A stretch of DNA of 64,000 nt from Octopus vulgaris (taxonomy: Eukaryota), in NCBI GenBank assembly GCA_951406725.2, contig OX597835.1:35030001-35094000 (forward strand). The letters are read 5' to 3'. Below are positions 11,954-26,843 of the stretch, in pieces (positions within the stretch are counted from its first letter, which is position 1; every line of letters begins with the position of its first letter). A program made the translations under genes and the position numbers. Below the pieces are notes generated by a model that was given only the letters and a program-made list of their open reading frames with translations, made no database searches and was not told the origin of the DNA.

Positions 11954-11992
<39 letters not shown>

Positions 11993-12039
11993 TAAGAAGA
12001 AGAAGTAGAAGAAGAATGATAACAACAACAACAACAATA

Positions 12040-13830
12040 AATCGATGGCAAGAAAAGCCTCTTCATAACAAATACTGGGTTAAATTAAACAGAAAAGAAA
12101 TAGACAAAGCAAAATCTCAACAAAACTCAAAGCAGAGACTGAAGGATTTTTAATTGCAGCACAAAATCAAAGCCTTCCCACCAGAAGTTACCAAAAACCT
12201 GTAATATAAAAGCAATATAAGTAACTACAGAATATGTGGGGATGGAGAAGAAACAATAAATGATATTGTTTCTGACTACCAAATCCAGGCTAAGAAGGAA
12301 TATATTCACAAACACGACAGAGTTGGGACCTGTATACTCTGGACGCTATGCCAACACTATGGAATAACAACAGAAAAAGTTGGTACGAGGGGCGTCCAAT
12401 AAGTAATGCTCCTGACCCACTTCCCATAGCAGTAGAGCAACGAAACTTGGCATAGCTATTAGTCTTTTTCTACATAGGAACTACCCAGAGTTACGCATTT
12501 CTCCCATCGTTTGATGCAGCTCTGGAGACCGTTTTTGTAGAAGACCCCAGCTTGGTCCTCCAACCACGACGTGACTTCAGAAATCAAGGCTGCATCATCT
12601 GGGAAACGCTTTCCTTTCAAAAACAACTTCATGGCTGGGAAGAGGTGAAAATCAGAGGGTGCAAGGAGAGTAGGGGGGATGGGGGAGAAGTTCATAGACG
12701 CACGCCTGTGCTTCTAATCTGGCGACACGCAAGTTGTGGACCGGAGCATTGTCCTGCAGGAGGGTACCATTGCTGATCTTGCCCCGCCTCTTGATTTTGA
12801 TAGCTTATCTTAATTTCCTCAAACGTGAAGCATAATAGGCTCCTGTAATTGTGGTACCCTTTGCCAGAAAATCTGTCATCACTACTCCGTCCTGGTCCCA
12901 GAAGACTGTGAGCATAACCTTGCCAGCGGAGGGCTGCACCCATGCCTTCTTTGGAGGAGGTGAGTCACGGTGCTTCCACTGCATTGACTGGGCTTTGGTC
13001 TCTGGATCATAGTGATGGACCCAGGTTTAATCCTGTGTAATCAGTCTTTTGAAAAAATTTGACTCATCTTCTTGGCACATCTTCAAATTCATCCTCAAGC
13101 ACTCGATACGTTCTTGCTTCTGGAAAGGTGTGAGCAACCTGGGAATCCATCTGGCAGACACCTTTTGCATATGCAAATGGTCATGAATGATAGTTTCCAC
13201 AGACCCGGTACTAATGGGCTATTTGGCGAATAGTTATGCGTCGATCTTCCAAAATGGCAGCCTCAACTTGACGGACAGATGCCTCATCAATGGTGGGGGG
13301 ATCAGATCTGGGAGCTGTTTCCACAGAGTTTCGACCATGTTTCAATACACGATGCCAGCGTTTAACAATGTCATATGATGGGGCATCATCACCATAAGTT
13401 ATTTCATTTCATCAAAAGTCTCCCGTGGTGTGCGTCCTTTCAAATACAAAATCCGGATCACTGCTCGACACTCAACAGGCTACATTTCACACTTGGCTCA
13501 GTTCAAACACCTGTAAATCAGAAACCACAATTAGTTCAGAGCTGTAATTTGCCACTTAAACTATAGAGATATAAATAATTGCACATGCAAAATTTCAGCT
13601 AGATCAAACAACTGCAAGTGGGTCAGGGGCATTACTTATTGAACGTCCCTCGTATAGGCACACGCCACAAAAGGTAGAAAATAGCACAAGTAGGCACCAC
13701 ACACATCCCATGTAAGGTCATCACAAGAGCATCACAACGAAACCACAACACATACCCAAGGCACACAGAGCTGCACTCGGTAACGCAGTGAAAGCACATG
13801 ATAAAGATAAAACTACTGAATAATAATGAC
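12040..13830 (+). pseudogene. Older degenerate Dong/R4 3' fragment split by a mariner
   Basis: RWQEKPLH.., ETEGF.IAAQNQSLPTR, CGDGEETI.., HDRVG..LCQHYGI.TEKSW|YRHTPQKV continues across the mariner insertion; ends in a TAA/GAT tail. Confidence 0.8.
12386..13652 (-). mobile_element. Mariner transposon (irritans-like), full length with TIRs and TA duplication; transposase frameshifted
   Basis: 37-bp TIRs cgaggggcgtccaataagtaatgctcctgacccactt (3 mismatches); TA at 12384-5 and 13653-4; APSDFHLFPAMKLFLKGKRF and W(V)HHYDPETK motifs. Confidence 0.93.
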
Positions 13831-13942
13831 AATGATAATAATAATGATGATGATGATGATGATGATAATGATGATGATGATGATAATGATGATAATGATG
13901 ATGATGATGATGATGGTTGATGATGATGATGATGATGATGGT

Positions 13943-13974
<32 letters not shown>

Positions 13975-13976
13975 GT

Positions 13977-14011
<35 letters not shown>

Positions 14012-14013
14012 GT

Positions 14014-14072
<59 letters not shown>

Positions 14073-14212
14073 GATGATGATGATGATGATGATGATGGTT
14101 GATAATGACTGATGATTGATGATTGATGACTGATGATTGATGATTGATGATTAACGACTGGTGACTGATGATTGACGATTGATGATTGATGATTGAAGAT
14201 TGAAGATTGAAG

Positions 14213-14246
<34 letters not shown>

Positions 14247-14270
14247 ACCATCATCATCATCATCATCATT

Positions 14271-14302
<32 letters not shown>

Positions 14303-14470
14303 TATTATTATCATTGTCATTATTATTCAGTAGTTTTATCTTTATCATGTGCTTTCACTGCGTTACCGAGTGCAGCTCTGTGTGCCTTGGGTATGTGTTG
14401 TGGTTTCGTTGTGATGCTCTTGTGATGACCTTACATGGGATGTGTGTGGTGCCTACTTGTGCTATTTTCT
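13676..14470. repeat. Inverted duplication of the Dong 3' end around a (GAT)n/(ATC)n core
   Basis: 13676-~13845 is the reverse complement of ~14300-14470 with no mismatch seen. Confidence 0.9.
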
Positions 14471-14512
14471 GTATGTTATATATGCGTATTGATGATTGAC
14501 GATGACGTTGAC

Positions 14513-14544
<32 letters not shown>

Positions 14545-14959
14545 TGACGATAATGATCCTTTCTACAATAGGTACAAGGCCTGAAACTTTGTGGGTGGCG
14601 GGTCGATTACATTGACCCCAGTGCTCGACTGGTAATTTATTTTATCGACCCCGAAAGAATGAAAGTTGAAATCGACATCGGTGGAATTTGAACTTAGAAC
14701 GTACATACGGACGAAATACTGCATTTTGTCGAACGTGTTATCGATTCCGCCATCTCGCCACCCGAAGAAGAAAGAAGAGGAGAGTAGAAGAGGAAGAAGA
14801 AAAATTGCTAAAAATACCAGAAAACAACGAATAAAAAAATAATATAAAAAGATATACACACATATGCATTCGCATACTTACACAAATACACACACAAACA
14901 TCCATCCATACATACATACATACACAAGGGCAACTTGGGGAAGGAGATTAAGTCGATTA

Positions 14960-15161
14960 TATTCTCCTCTTCCTCCTCCTCCTCCTTTCCTCCTCTTCCC
15001 CTCCTCCTCCCTTCCTCCTCTTCCCCTCCTCCTCCCCCCTCCTCCTCCACCTCTTCTTCTTCTTCTTCCCCTTTTCTTTTTCTTCTTCTTCTTCTTCTTC
15101 TTCTTCTTCTTCTTCTTCTTCTTCTTCTTCTCCTTCTCCTTCTCCTTCTCCTTCTTCTTCT

Positions 15162-15196
<35 letters not shown>

Positions 15197-15214
15197 TTTC
15201 TCTTCTTCTTCTTT

Positions 15215-15245
<31 letters not shown>

Positions 15246-15428
15246 ACCTCCTCTTCTTTTTATTCTTCTTCTTCCACCTCCTCTTCTTTTTCTTCTTTTT
15301 TTTCTTCTTTTTCTTCTTCTTCTTCTTCTTCTTCTTCTTCTTCTTCTACTTCCTCCTCTCCCCTCTCCTTTCAACTCCCCTCCCCTTCCCTCCTCTCCCA
15401 CTCCACTCTCCTCCTTTCCTCCCCCCTC
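14960..15428. repeat. Pyrimidine-rich (CCT)n/(TTC)n tract
   Basis: Directly visible. Confidence 0.95.
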
Positions 15429-15742
15429 TTAATTTATCGACCCAGAAGGAATGAAAGGCAAATCGACCTCGGCAGTATTCGAAATGAGAACGTAGCGGCA
15501 ACCGAAATACCTATTTCTTTGCTACCCACATGGGGCTAAACACTGAGAGGACAAACAAGGACAGACAAAAGGATTAAGTCGATTACATCGATCCCAGTGC
15601 GTAACTGGTACTTATTTAATCGACCCCGAAAGGATGAAAGGCAAAGTCGACCTCGGCGGAATTTGAACTCAGAACGTAGCCTCAGACGAAATACCGCTAA
15701 GCATTTTGTCCGGCGTGCTAACGTTTCTGCCAACTTGCCGCC
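15428..15742 (-). mobile_element. SINE family A dimer (full copy plus diverged headless partial)
   Basis: Junction ccgaaatac|ctatttcttt near 15510, at the same internal position as the 2305 junction. Confidence 0.88.
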
Positions 15743-16324
15743 TTATACGCACATAACCATAATGCAAATACACACACACATACATTCCTATGCACGCAAT
15801 ACACACACTCACACACACACGCACACACACACATGTAGATACACATACATATACACACTCATACACGCTTGGACACGTGCACGCAAACGCATAATTATAA
15901 CACAAATACGTACACACAATATTCACACACACACACACACACACACACACGAGTGTACATACACATATAGACACACGGTTGTCCACATACACATATACAT
16001 ACACACACCTGCATACACATACACATGTGCACACACATACAGATAAGAGAACGCACATTTAGAAAAATTATATTCAGAAATGCATCAGAAAGGGTGGTGT
16101 TGGCAACGTGGGGGTGGCACCGTATGTAGTGTTTGGTGGGGGACAGGGCTGAAGAAGTGACCCCCACCATCTCCATTAAAATTTGTCTTTTGATTTGTAA
16201 TTAACACCCCCACACCACCGCCACCACCACCACCACCACCACCACCGCACGCAGCTGGCAGCGTTGATAGACTCCAACAAGATCAACAAATACATCAACA
16301 CACACACACACACACGCTAACAAT

Positions 16325-16362
<38 letters not shown>

Positions 16363-16523
16363 CAACAACAACAGCCAAGACGTCAATAGCAAAAACATAA
16401 CAACCGAAAAAAACATTAGCAACATCGACCGTTTATGATTATGATGTGACAACAACAAAATCACAATGGTGCTGATATCACACAAGCTGCGTGACTGACA
16501 TAAGGACGACACAGCTTTCACTT

Positions 16524-16554
<31 letters not shown>

Positions 16555-16620
16555 CCATCACCATCATCATCATCATCATCAGCATCACCACCATCATCAT
16601 CATCATCATCATCATCACCC

Positions 16621-16706
<86 letters not shown>

Positions 16707-17555
16707 GTTGTTGTTGTTGTTATTATTATTATTATTATCATTATTATTATTACTACTACTTCTATAAGGTATTATTATAAAAATATACAATAAATATTTA
16801 AAAAGCGTCTCCTGAAGAACAATGAAAGAACAAATAAAGAAAAGAAAACATCATTGTTATTCTTATTACTATCTCTGCAAATTTTTTTCAGAAAACTACA
16901 ACTTTACCTCCTCCCCCTCCCCCTATTCTTTTTCTTCTTCTTGTTCTTCTTCCACCTTTTCTCTCCTCTCCTCCTCCTCCCCCTCTTCTTTTTCTTCTTC
17001 TTGTTCTTTTTCCACCTCTTCTCTCCCCTCCACCTTCCCTCCATCCATCCCCCACCTCCTCCGCCCCTCTTCATCACCTCCCCCCTCATCTCCTCCCCCC
17101 TCTTCCTTTTCCTTTTAGAAAATTTCTTCCATCGAATTCCCTTAAAAAGATACCAACTTTCTCTTTAATGATAATCAGAGTAACGAATAACAATGGCAGC
17201 GACAAATTGTTGTAATGAAGTGAAATGAGATCAATACAATATCGCCGCCGCCGCCGTCATCGTCGTCATCATCATCATCATTATCGTCATCATGGTCATC
17301 ATCGTCGTCATCATCGACATCAACGTCATCATCATCGTCATCTTTGTCATCAGTCTCTCAATCACCATCATAATCCTCTTCCCCCTCTTCCTCCCCCGCC
17401 TCATCATCAACATTATCGTCATCATCATCACCACCTTCACTGCCGCCGACACCACCACTACGAACTCCAGCACGAACGTCACCACCACCACCATCACCAT
17501 CACCACCACCACCACTACCACCACCACCACCACCACCACCACTACTATCATTCCC

Positions 17556-17586
<31 letters not shown>

Positions 17587-18117
17587 CAATAACACATGCC
17601 ATTAGGCGGTCGTTTGATTTCCCTGAAATAGCAAGCAAGCCAAATCTTACTCAAATTATTCCGACACTAAAAATGAAATAAAAAACGGAAGCAATGTTGA
17701 CTGGATGGCCATGGCTAGAGTGTCTGTGATCTTAATAAGGATTGGGGTTAAACAAACAAAAGCCACAAAGTGGTGCTATTGAGTTTGACATGGCCTGGCC
17801 CTATACTGGCCGAAACCTATCAAAGTTATCAGAGTCAAATTTTTTTCAGAAACTACAACCTCACCTTCTTCTTCTTCTTCTTCTTCTTCTTCTTCTTCTT
17901 CTTCTTCTTCTTCTTCTTCTTCTTCTTCTTCTTCTTCTTCTTCTTCTTCTTCTTCTTCTTCTTCTTCTTCTTCTTCTTCTTCTTCTTCTTCTTCTTCTTC
18001 TTCTTCTTCTTCTTCTACTTCTTCTTCTTCTTCTTCTACTTCTTCTTCTGTGTCGGGTTTCCAAACCCAGGTCCTCCAGTCTTCTACATATATTTGTATG
18101 CCAGAAGGATTTTGGAA

Positions 18118-18347
18118 GGCGGCGAGCTGGCAGAAACGTTAGCACGCCGGGTGAAATGCTTAGCGGTATTTCGTCTGCCATTACATTCTGAGTTCAAATT
18201 CCGCCAAGGTCGACTTTGCTTTTCATCCCTTCGGGGTCGATAAATTAAGTACCAGTTACGCCCTGGGGTCGATATAATCGACTTAATCCGTTTGGCTGTC
18301 CTTGTTTGTCTCCTCTGTGTTTAGCCCCTTGCGGGCAATAAAGAAAT
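18118..18347 (+). mobile_element. SINE family A, full length
   Basis: A and B boxes, central domain, tail aataaagaaat. Confidence 0.9.
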
Positions 18348-18349
18348 CT

Positions 18350-18635
18350 CTTTTAGCTCTCAATTTCTGGGAGAAAGCGAACCAGAACACTTCAGGCAGT
18401 GGCAGAAGTAGCTGAGAAGGGCTCCAACAGGATCTGGTCGAGGAGGAATGGAAGTAAATATCAAAAGGTATCATTTACCCGACCTTCAAGTGGTATCTAA
18501 GATCGAACTAAACACGATTTGCAAGGTAGCTTGGCTCTAGAGTACCCTAAAGAACCAGGAACGTAAAATGTGTCAGAAGAGACGGTAACCAGGACTCCTC
18601 ACCAGAATGAGGCTCGTATCCAGAATATTATAAGT
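18350..18635 (+). pseudogene. Possible 3' end of an RLE-type (Hero/NeSL-like) non-LTR element
   Basis: Translates as RTLQAVAEVAEKGSNRIWSRRNGSK*, resembling the AAEKxSxWxWxRR C-terminus of such elements; short, matched from memory. Confidence 0.35.
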
Positions 18636-19437
18636 AGAGTGGCGCAAAAGTCGTGCTCCAATAAAACAACACTTTGCCATGGCAACTTCTTATTCGTTGT
18701 TTTTTTGTAAGTAAATATCATAAATGTATATAAAATATGTATGTGTGTGTTTGCATCCAGTGCCAAAAAGTGTCAAGACGAACTAAACGTCCTGTCAGCG
18801 GCGCCATATCGTCAGCGCCGAAGCAGTTGCGCCCAATAGTCTCATTTCGCACTTTTTCTGTCCACGGAGAGATGACATTGCAGTGGAATAACCACGATTT
18901 TTAACATTGCAGAAGATCTTTATCCAAAGAAGGTATGTTACTTCGCTTCTCAAATTAACAAGAAAGAACCTAAAAGACAAAAAAAACAAAAAAAAAACAA
19001 AAACGACTAAAACACACAAAAAACAAAAAAACCCTGATGTTTAGTTCCTTATTAGTTAATTAAGCGCGCGCACACACACAGACATGCGCAGAGATGCATA
19101 TTTTAATGTGTATGCATTCATGTGTGTATGCGCGCGCGGGCGTGTTTGTGTGTTTATATGAATACATAAACCTATAAATATGCATGCACACATACGTATA
19201 TATATACACGCACGCACAGACACATACACGCATATAAGTAAATGTATAACTAATTCACATATTCATACATGCGTATATATATATATATATACATACAGAA
19301 ATAAACACAAATATTTAAGAGTACATAAACATTGTCTGTGTATACATATACATACATACATATGTATATATATATACATACATGTATACATACATACATA
19401 TATATATATATAAATTTATATGTATTTATTTCGTCAT

Positions 19438-19513
<76 letters not shown>

Positions 19514-20054
19514 AATTTATATGTATTTATTTTGTCATTGTATATATATATATCTTTACACATACGCACACACACACACACACACACATATATGCACATG
19601 CATAGACACGCATGCGCACATACTCACTGACGCGCTCATATTCGTATGAATAAACGGAGATAAACATCTCCTGTGTGGTTATATACACACGCGGAGCTCG
19701 GTTTTCTATAGAACCATGTCAGAGAACGGAATTTCTTCGTAGATTTTGAACAATATATTAATTTCGTACTTCCTCTCCTGAAATATGTTTCATGATCAGG
19801 TTAAGAAATATAACATTATGGGGTATGTTTGAATGTTGATGTGTATCTCTTTTCTTTTTTTCTTTTTATATATATACACACCGTGGGTTTTCTATAAACG
19901 AACGAACGAACACAAACACAGACACAGGCACACACACATACGACCACATGCACACACGTGCACACACATGCGCATGCACATTTATGTACGCATATACACT
20001 GAAGCGCATACAGTCACACGCTTACACAAACGTGGAAGCAGACATACACGTTTA

Positions 20055-20152
<98 letters not shown>

Positions 20153-20162
20153 TATATGCATA

Positions 20163-20228
<66 letters not shown>

Positions 20229-20291
20229 GCTATATGAAGTCGTACGAAAACATACATACAGATTGCAATCATTGAGAAATATTGGACCACA

Positions 20292-20355
<64 letters not shown>

Positions 20356-20620
20356 CACATACATATAAAAATACGTGCTCAAATGTATATTTATAATATC
20401 ATACAAATTTATGGACGTGCGTGCGTGTGTGAGTCCATATGTATGTATTTATAAATATATACATACAACTATACAGATATATATATTTACGTACATCTAT
20501 ATGCATATAAATATACATATACATACATATATTTACATATATACTTATATACTCTCACGCATAAACGTAACTGTATTTGTAGATCTATATATTCATGACA
20601 CATACACCCACGATAATACA

Positions 20621-20754
<134 letters not shown>

Positions 20755-20859
20755 GCGAGAGACACACACACACTAATACACAAACATTAATATGTGCAAT
20801 GTGCAAATATATATGTGTATAAGTACGTTTATATAAATATATACATAGAAGTATGTCGG

Positions 20860-20890
<31 letters not shown>

Positions 20891-20936
20891 TGTATGTATG
20901 TATGTATATATGCTTGTATGTATGTATGTATGTATG

Positions 20937-20979
<43 letters not shown>

Positions 20980-21108
20980 GTATGGTTATATGTATATACA
21001 CATATGGCTGTGTACATACATATTTAACAGTATATACATACATATATATATATATATATAAATTTGTATTTATAAATAATATATATATATATATATATTA
21101 TTTATAAC

Positions 21109-21197
<89 letters not shown>

Positions 21198-21391
21198 TAT
21201 GTATGCATCTACTAACTGTAAAACTTGAATTATAATATACACAGTAAAATAATTTACACGCAAACATTATATAAGATCGCAGAATATCACATAATACGTA
21301 CAGCATATCACAATGTAATAAACCAGTATCACACAAAATAATAAAATACTTAGTATTAAATGACATTGACTGATACCACACACACACGTGT

Positions 21392-21445
<54 letters not shown>

Positions 21446-21702
21446 ATACACACACGTATATTTATATATATATAATTTATATATATAATATACTATAATC
21501 TCTATATATTATATATATACTTCATATGTGTGTATATATATATGTGTGTGTGTTTGTATATATATGTATCTATAGATATGTATATATACATTTATATATA
21601 TGCATACATAAATCAATGTGTGAGTGTTTGTGTGTGTGTGTATGTGTGTGTACTTCTATATATATTTACACTTTCGTGTGTTTATATATACATTTGAATA
21701 TA

Positions 21703-22540
21703 AAGGGGGTGATGGGCAAATTCTAACAATGTTATATTCTTAATTGCGTACATACACAGTGTTTGTTTTTGAATTTGGTGACAACACAGTATAGTAGGGT
21801 TAGTTGGGCACCGTCTGTGAGAAAAACAGCACCATGATCCAATTTACTCTGCTAGAAATTTTGAAACGACTTTCTGTACTGCTTGGCATTCGCGCCAGAA
21901 GCTCCAATACGAACATTTCTGCGTTCTGCATGTCAATCTGAGGACATGTACCGAGAGTGATAAAAATCTAGCATCCAATCAACATCATGGTGTTTCGAGT
22001 GATCACTAGTAATGGAAACATTATGCCTCAATTCATCTTCCCACACGGCCTCAGACTCAACACGGAGGCCTACATCAAATGCCTGGAGATGGTAGTGCTG
22101 CCCTGGCTCAAGAAGATGGCTGGAAGACCCTATGTCTGGCAACAGGGCTCTGCATCATGTCACACAAGCAGGAGAACCCAGTCATGGCTATAAGACAATT
22201 CCTGCGACCATATCACCTCTAACATCTGGCCACCTAACTCCCCAGATTGCAATCCCCTTTATTATTATGTGTAGGGCACAGTTGAGCAAGAAACCAACAA
22301 AACTCCTTGTAACACAAAAGATGAACTAAAGGCAAAGATTATGGCAGCATTAACCAACAAGGAGACTGCCCAGAATAGTTGCAGGAGATCTCGAAGTCGT
22401 CTGGAGGCGGTGGTTGAAGCCAATGGCGATTTTTTTGAATAAATTTACTCCTTAGTGTTTTAAGACATTTTTATGTAATTTTAGTAAATATACCTTTTAA
22501 AATGAAATGTCAGTGTTATTTTCATTTTTGCATAATTTAG
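21703..22540 (+). mobile_element. Tc1/mariner superfamily, maT (DD37D-like) remnant
   Basis: MVF..ITSNG..MPQFIFPHGLRLNTEAY, YVWQQGSASCHTSRRTQSWL, IWPPNSPDCNPL, RSRLEAVVEANGDFFE with stops. Confidence 0.85.
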
Positions 22541-22576
22541 GCGATTAGTTCCCAAAGTGAGTGGTATTGTGCCCCT

Positions 22577-22793
22577 GGAATTGTTAGCACGTCGGGCGAA
22601 ATGCTTAGCGGTATTTCGGCTGCCGTTACGTTGTGAGTTCAAATTCCGTCGAGGTCGACTTTGCCTTTCATCCTTTCGGGGTCGATAAATTAAGTACCAG
22701 TTACGCACTGGGGTCGATGTAATCGACTTAATACCTATGTCTGTCCTTGTTTGTCCCATCTGTGTTTAGCCACTTGTGAGTAATAAAGAAATA
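22577..22793 (+). mobile_element. SINE family A, slightly 5'-truncated, 14-bp TSD
   Basis: ggtattgtgcccct at 22563-22576 and 22794-22807. Confidence 0.9.
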
Positions 22794-23103
22794 GGTATTG
22801 TGCCCCTTGGGCAATGGAAAGTTCCAACGGGGTCTTGAAGGAAAGTTGAGTGGCGATAATGGGGGTGGCTCTTCATGTAAAAACAACAAAATAATGGGTT
22901 CATTGGGTTAATTTTTATTTGCTAAATACAGTAGCTTTGAATTTTGCTTCAGGAAGAAGTCTATGCTTGTGAGGTTTAGTTGGGATGGGGGCAGTAGGAA
23001 TATGGCCAGGGTGTCAAGGGGGCGGGATCCCGAAAGAGTTTGGGAGACACCGATTTTGACGACAATATATTCACCACACCCTGTATATGAGTTTACATGT
23101 ATG

Positions 23104-23134
<31 letters not shown>

Positions 23135-23289
23135 CACTCACACACACAAACACACACACATATGTATGTATGTATTTATGTATGTATGTATATATATATA
23201 TATACAAAGAAGTAAATATATGGCACAACGAAGTACCGATATATTTACTATTCTTTACTGGAAAGCAATACTCTAGTATTACATTACTA

Positions 23290-23325
<36 letters not shown>

Positions 23326-23429
23326 AAAACATATATAAAATGGGACAAGAACGCAAACTATACAAAGAGACGGCACAAAAAAAGACAGGTCATTCGAAGC
23401 CTCTAATCTTCAGTCATATATATATATAT

Positions 23430-24269
23430 ACGAGCAAAACGCCCCCCCCGTCCAATGGACGCTGCTGAGTTGTCAAACATTTAAACCAAATTTTCTCAAA
23501 ACAACTTGTCCGACCGTCCAATAAGCACCCCTTTTAGAAACACTGGTTTAACCTAAATTTGAGACACCAGCAAAAGAAGAAATAAAGATAGACTTTTTTC
23601 TATTCTAAAGAAAAACGATTTTATTCACACAAATGCAACCGAAAAGTTTAAAGTGCCAGTAAGTACATCGCAACAGCTGATGTACTTGCGCGTACAAATG
23701 CACGTTTCCACGGCTTTATCGATCGCATACTTCATCTCAACTAGCCCTACTTTCTTTAATATCATGCCAATACTCATAAGGGAAGGAAAAAGATCGGCAT
23801 AACATTGAAACGGTTCCGGGACAAATTTCTCCAACAAATTCCAGATAAACGACCTTCACTCCGATATGTCTCTGCAAAAAGTGACTCATTAGTCGAATGG
23901 GTTATGATGCCCAAAGAATGGCTGTGCTATGAAACTTCATTAAATATCTTTTCCTGGTGGTGTCATTAAGTCAGGTATGGCCTGGGCCAACTCTGTTTGA
24001 AACCTATTCAAGATTTTAATAATGTTTCTCGCTCTCTGTTGTGATCTGATTTTGATTAGGGATTTTAAATTACGCAATGGTCGAGCAGTTATATTGTATA
24101 AAAGGCGGCCATGTCAAAACACGAAGCTGTTGTGATATTCATGCTTTTTGTATAGGGTGACGGTTGTTGTAAGTGAATTGGCAATGTAGACAACGCTAAC
24201 TGCTTTCGCCTACTGCTTCGCAGCTTTTGGCGAATCCTACGGTATATAGGTACAAAACAGCGAGAGGTG

Positions 24270-24315
<46 letters not shown>

Positions 24316-24885
24316 GAGAGAGAGAAAGGGGATGTCTGTTACATTTTAAAGCAAGAATGCGGGAATAGCCTTTCGCTACAAGCGGGCCGCAATTGACATT
24401 GCAAATCATCAGATTTTACTAAAACAATTCAAGTCATTTTTCGTTTGGCGTGCAATCTACAAAGTCCGTGACCTGCAGTTTGCCCACAACTGCATTAAAG
24501 TGTTACAACCGAGATAGGTGTACTTGTCAATCAAATTCAGTTTTAATTAATTTACACTGATCTCAGGTTTTTGGCAAGGTTTTCTGGAGGCAAACTGGTC
24601 CATAAACTCAGTTTTCTTTACGCTTGCTTTATTGTGGGACCAAAGTTTCCTCAAGGCTGATTTGAACTGATTTATCTGACGGAGAAAGAGAGAGAAGAGA
24701 AAACGAAGGAGGGAGAGATAGATAGATAGATAGAGAGAGCGGGAGAGAGAGAGAAAGAGTAAAAGCGGGGTATTGTCGAGAGAAAGGACAAACAGTAACA
24801 CGTCTGACGTCAAATAAGTCAGCGTCGAATCAGTGACGCCAGATAGTCGGTGCTAAAACAGCTGTGCTAAAAACGTCTTATACCT
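23430..24885 (-). mobile_element. Possible very old DNA transposon remnant (MULE-like)
   Basis: Weak: Cys-rich CICTRKYISCCDV (SWIM-like), STNES, and repeated tttagcac motifs near 24850-24880. Confidence 0.2.
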
Positions 24886-25411
24886 AAGCAGGAATGACAT
24901 TTCAACCACGATCTTCAACAGCAGACTACTGAAATATTGTTTGTATGACTTTTGAAAATGTGGAAGGGGTGAATCAAAATAGTGGCTCATCTTCCTGTCA
25001 CAAGAAGGAATAGTATCATTGACTGAAGATTTTTGAGCTCTTTATCAAAACGCTTTGTTAATCTCTTCTGCATCCGTCTTTTTCTCTGTCACCAATATTT
25101 GACACTCACCACTGAGGTGAAGGGATGATACCGAGAGATGGTGATGGCAGATGAGTTTCAGTTAATTGTAGAATCCTTTAATTTCCCATTGTCAGTATAG
25201 TTGAATCGGCCTTACAAGCATTACTGTAAATAGCACTACAGCCACTACTACTACAACGAATATTACAACAACAGCAACAACAATCACTACTACTACAAAC
25301 GCCGTGACAAACACCACTCCAACCGCTACTAACACTATTCCTTGCACAGCCATAACTGTGACCACCACCTCTTAACTACCATTATCATTAACATTATTCC
25401 TACCAGAATTA

Positions 25412-25502
<91 letters not shown>

Positions 25503-25539
25503 CTTCTTCCTCCTCCTCCTCCTCCTCCTCCTCCTCCTC

Positions 25540-25594
<55 letters not shown>

Positions 25595-26437
25595 TATCTT
25601 GACTAACATCTTGACTAACATCTTTGCTACTACAATTAATTCGATTAACTACAACACTAAAAGCACCACTACCATCACCACCACCAACGGTACTATCAAA
25701 GGTTGTGCCACCTCTACAAACAACAAAAACAGCATCAACAACAACAACAGGAAATACAACAATAACAAAAACAACAACGAAGTCAATAACAACAGCGACA
25801 ACAACAACAGCAATTAGAAAAAAAGCAACAAAAGCCCGTCTGATCCCCTCTTCCTTCCTATCTTCTCTTTATCTCCCTCTCATCTTCTCTTCTCCATCCC
25901 TCCCCTCCTCCTCCTCCATCCAGTTCTTCGTTTCCTCTTGTCTTTCATCTCTTCCTACTCCTCCCTCACAAATACACTAAGAAGTAAAGACGAGGAAGAA
26001 TGGCTGCCTCTCACGGCCGCCATTTTTCAACAGTATTGTAAGTCTGTTTGGTTGGTCGGTGGTGGTGGTGGTGGTGGTACGGTGGTGGCTCGGCTGATCG
26101 GCTGGCTTGTGGGTGGGTTGGTCGTTTGGCTGGCTGGTTGACTGAAACGAAAAATATGGAAGATATTTCATTCGCTCGTTTTTTAAGTAACTTTAATTAA
26201 TAGTAATCACGACAAAAGAGATGACAACAACAAAAACATCACCATCACCAACAACAACAAAATATTAAAGATTAATATAAAAATAATATAATATAATGCA
26301 GCGCATATAAATTTGTGTAAGTGTGTGTTTGAATGTGTGTATGTGTGTAAATGTGTGCTTGTGTGTGTGCATGTGTTTGTATATATATATATATCATACA
26401 CATATATGTACATGTATATATATCTATATATATATGC

Positions 26438-26578
<141 letters not shown>

Positions 26579-26793
26579 AGTATGTATAGATATGTATGTA
26601 GATACATTTATTTCTTTATTTATTATAAGTCATATTTTAAAATATGCTAAATATTTTTTATGTTAGACACTGGCATACGCTGCGTAACACATGCATGTAA
26701 GCACAGAGTCGTACATATATTATGTATGTCAATGTATGCGTGTATGAATGGATGCATATATGAGAATATATGCGTGCGTATATGCATGTGAGC

Positions 26794-26843
<50 letters not shown>

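Noticed and set aside
19711-19799. Candidate exon between ttttctatag and gttaag
   Set aside because: Stop codons in all three frames.
23385-23417. CTGAAGA motif on the minus strand in a TA-flanked fragment
   Set aside because: No GAAA and no convincing stems.
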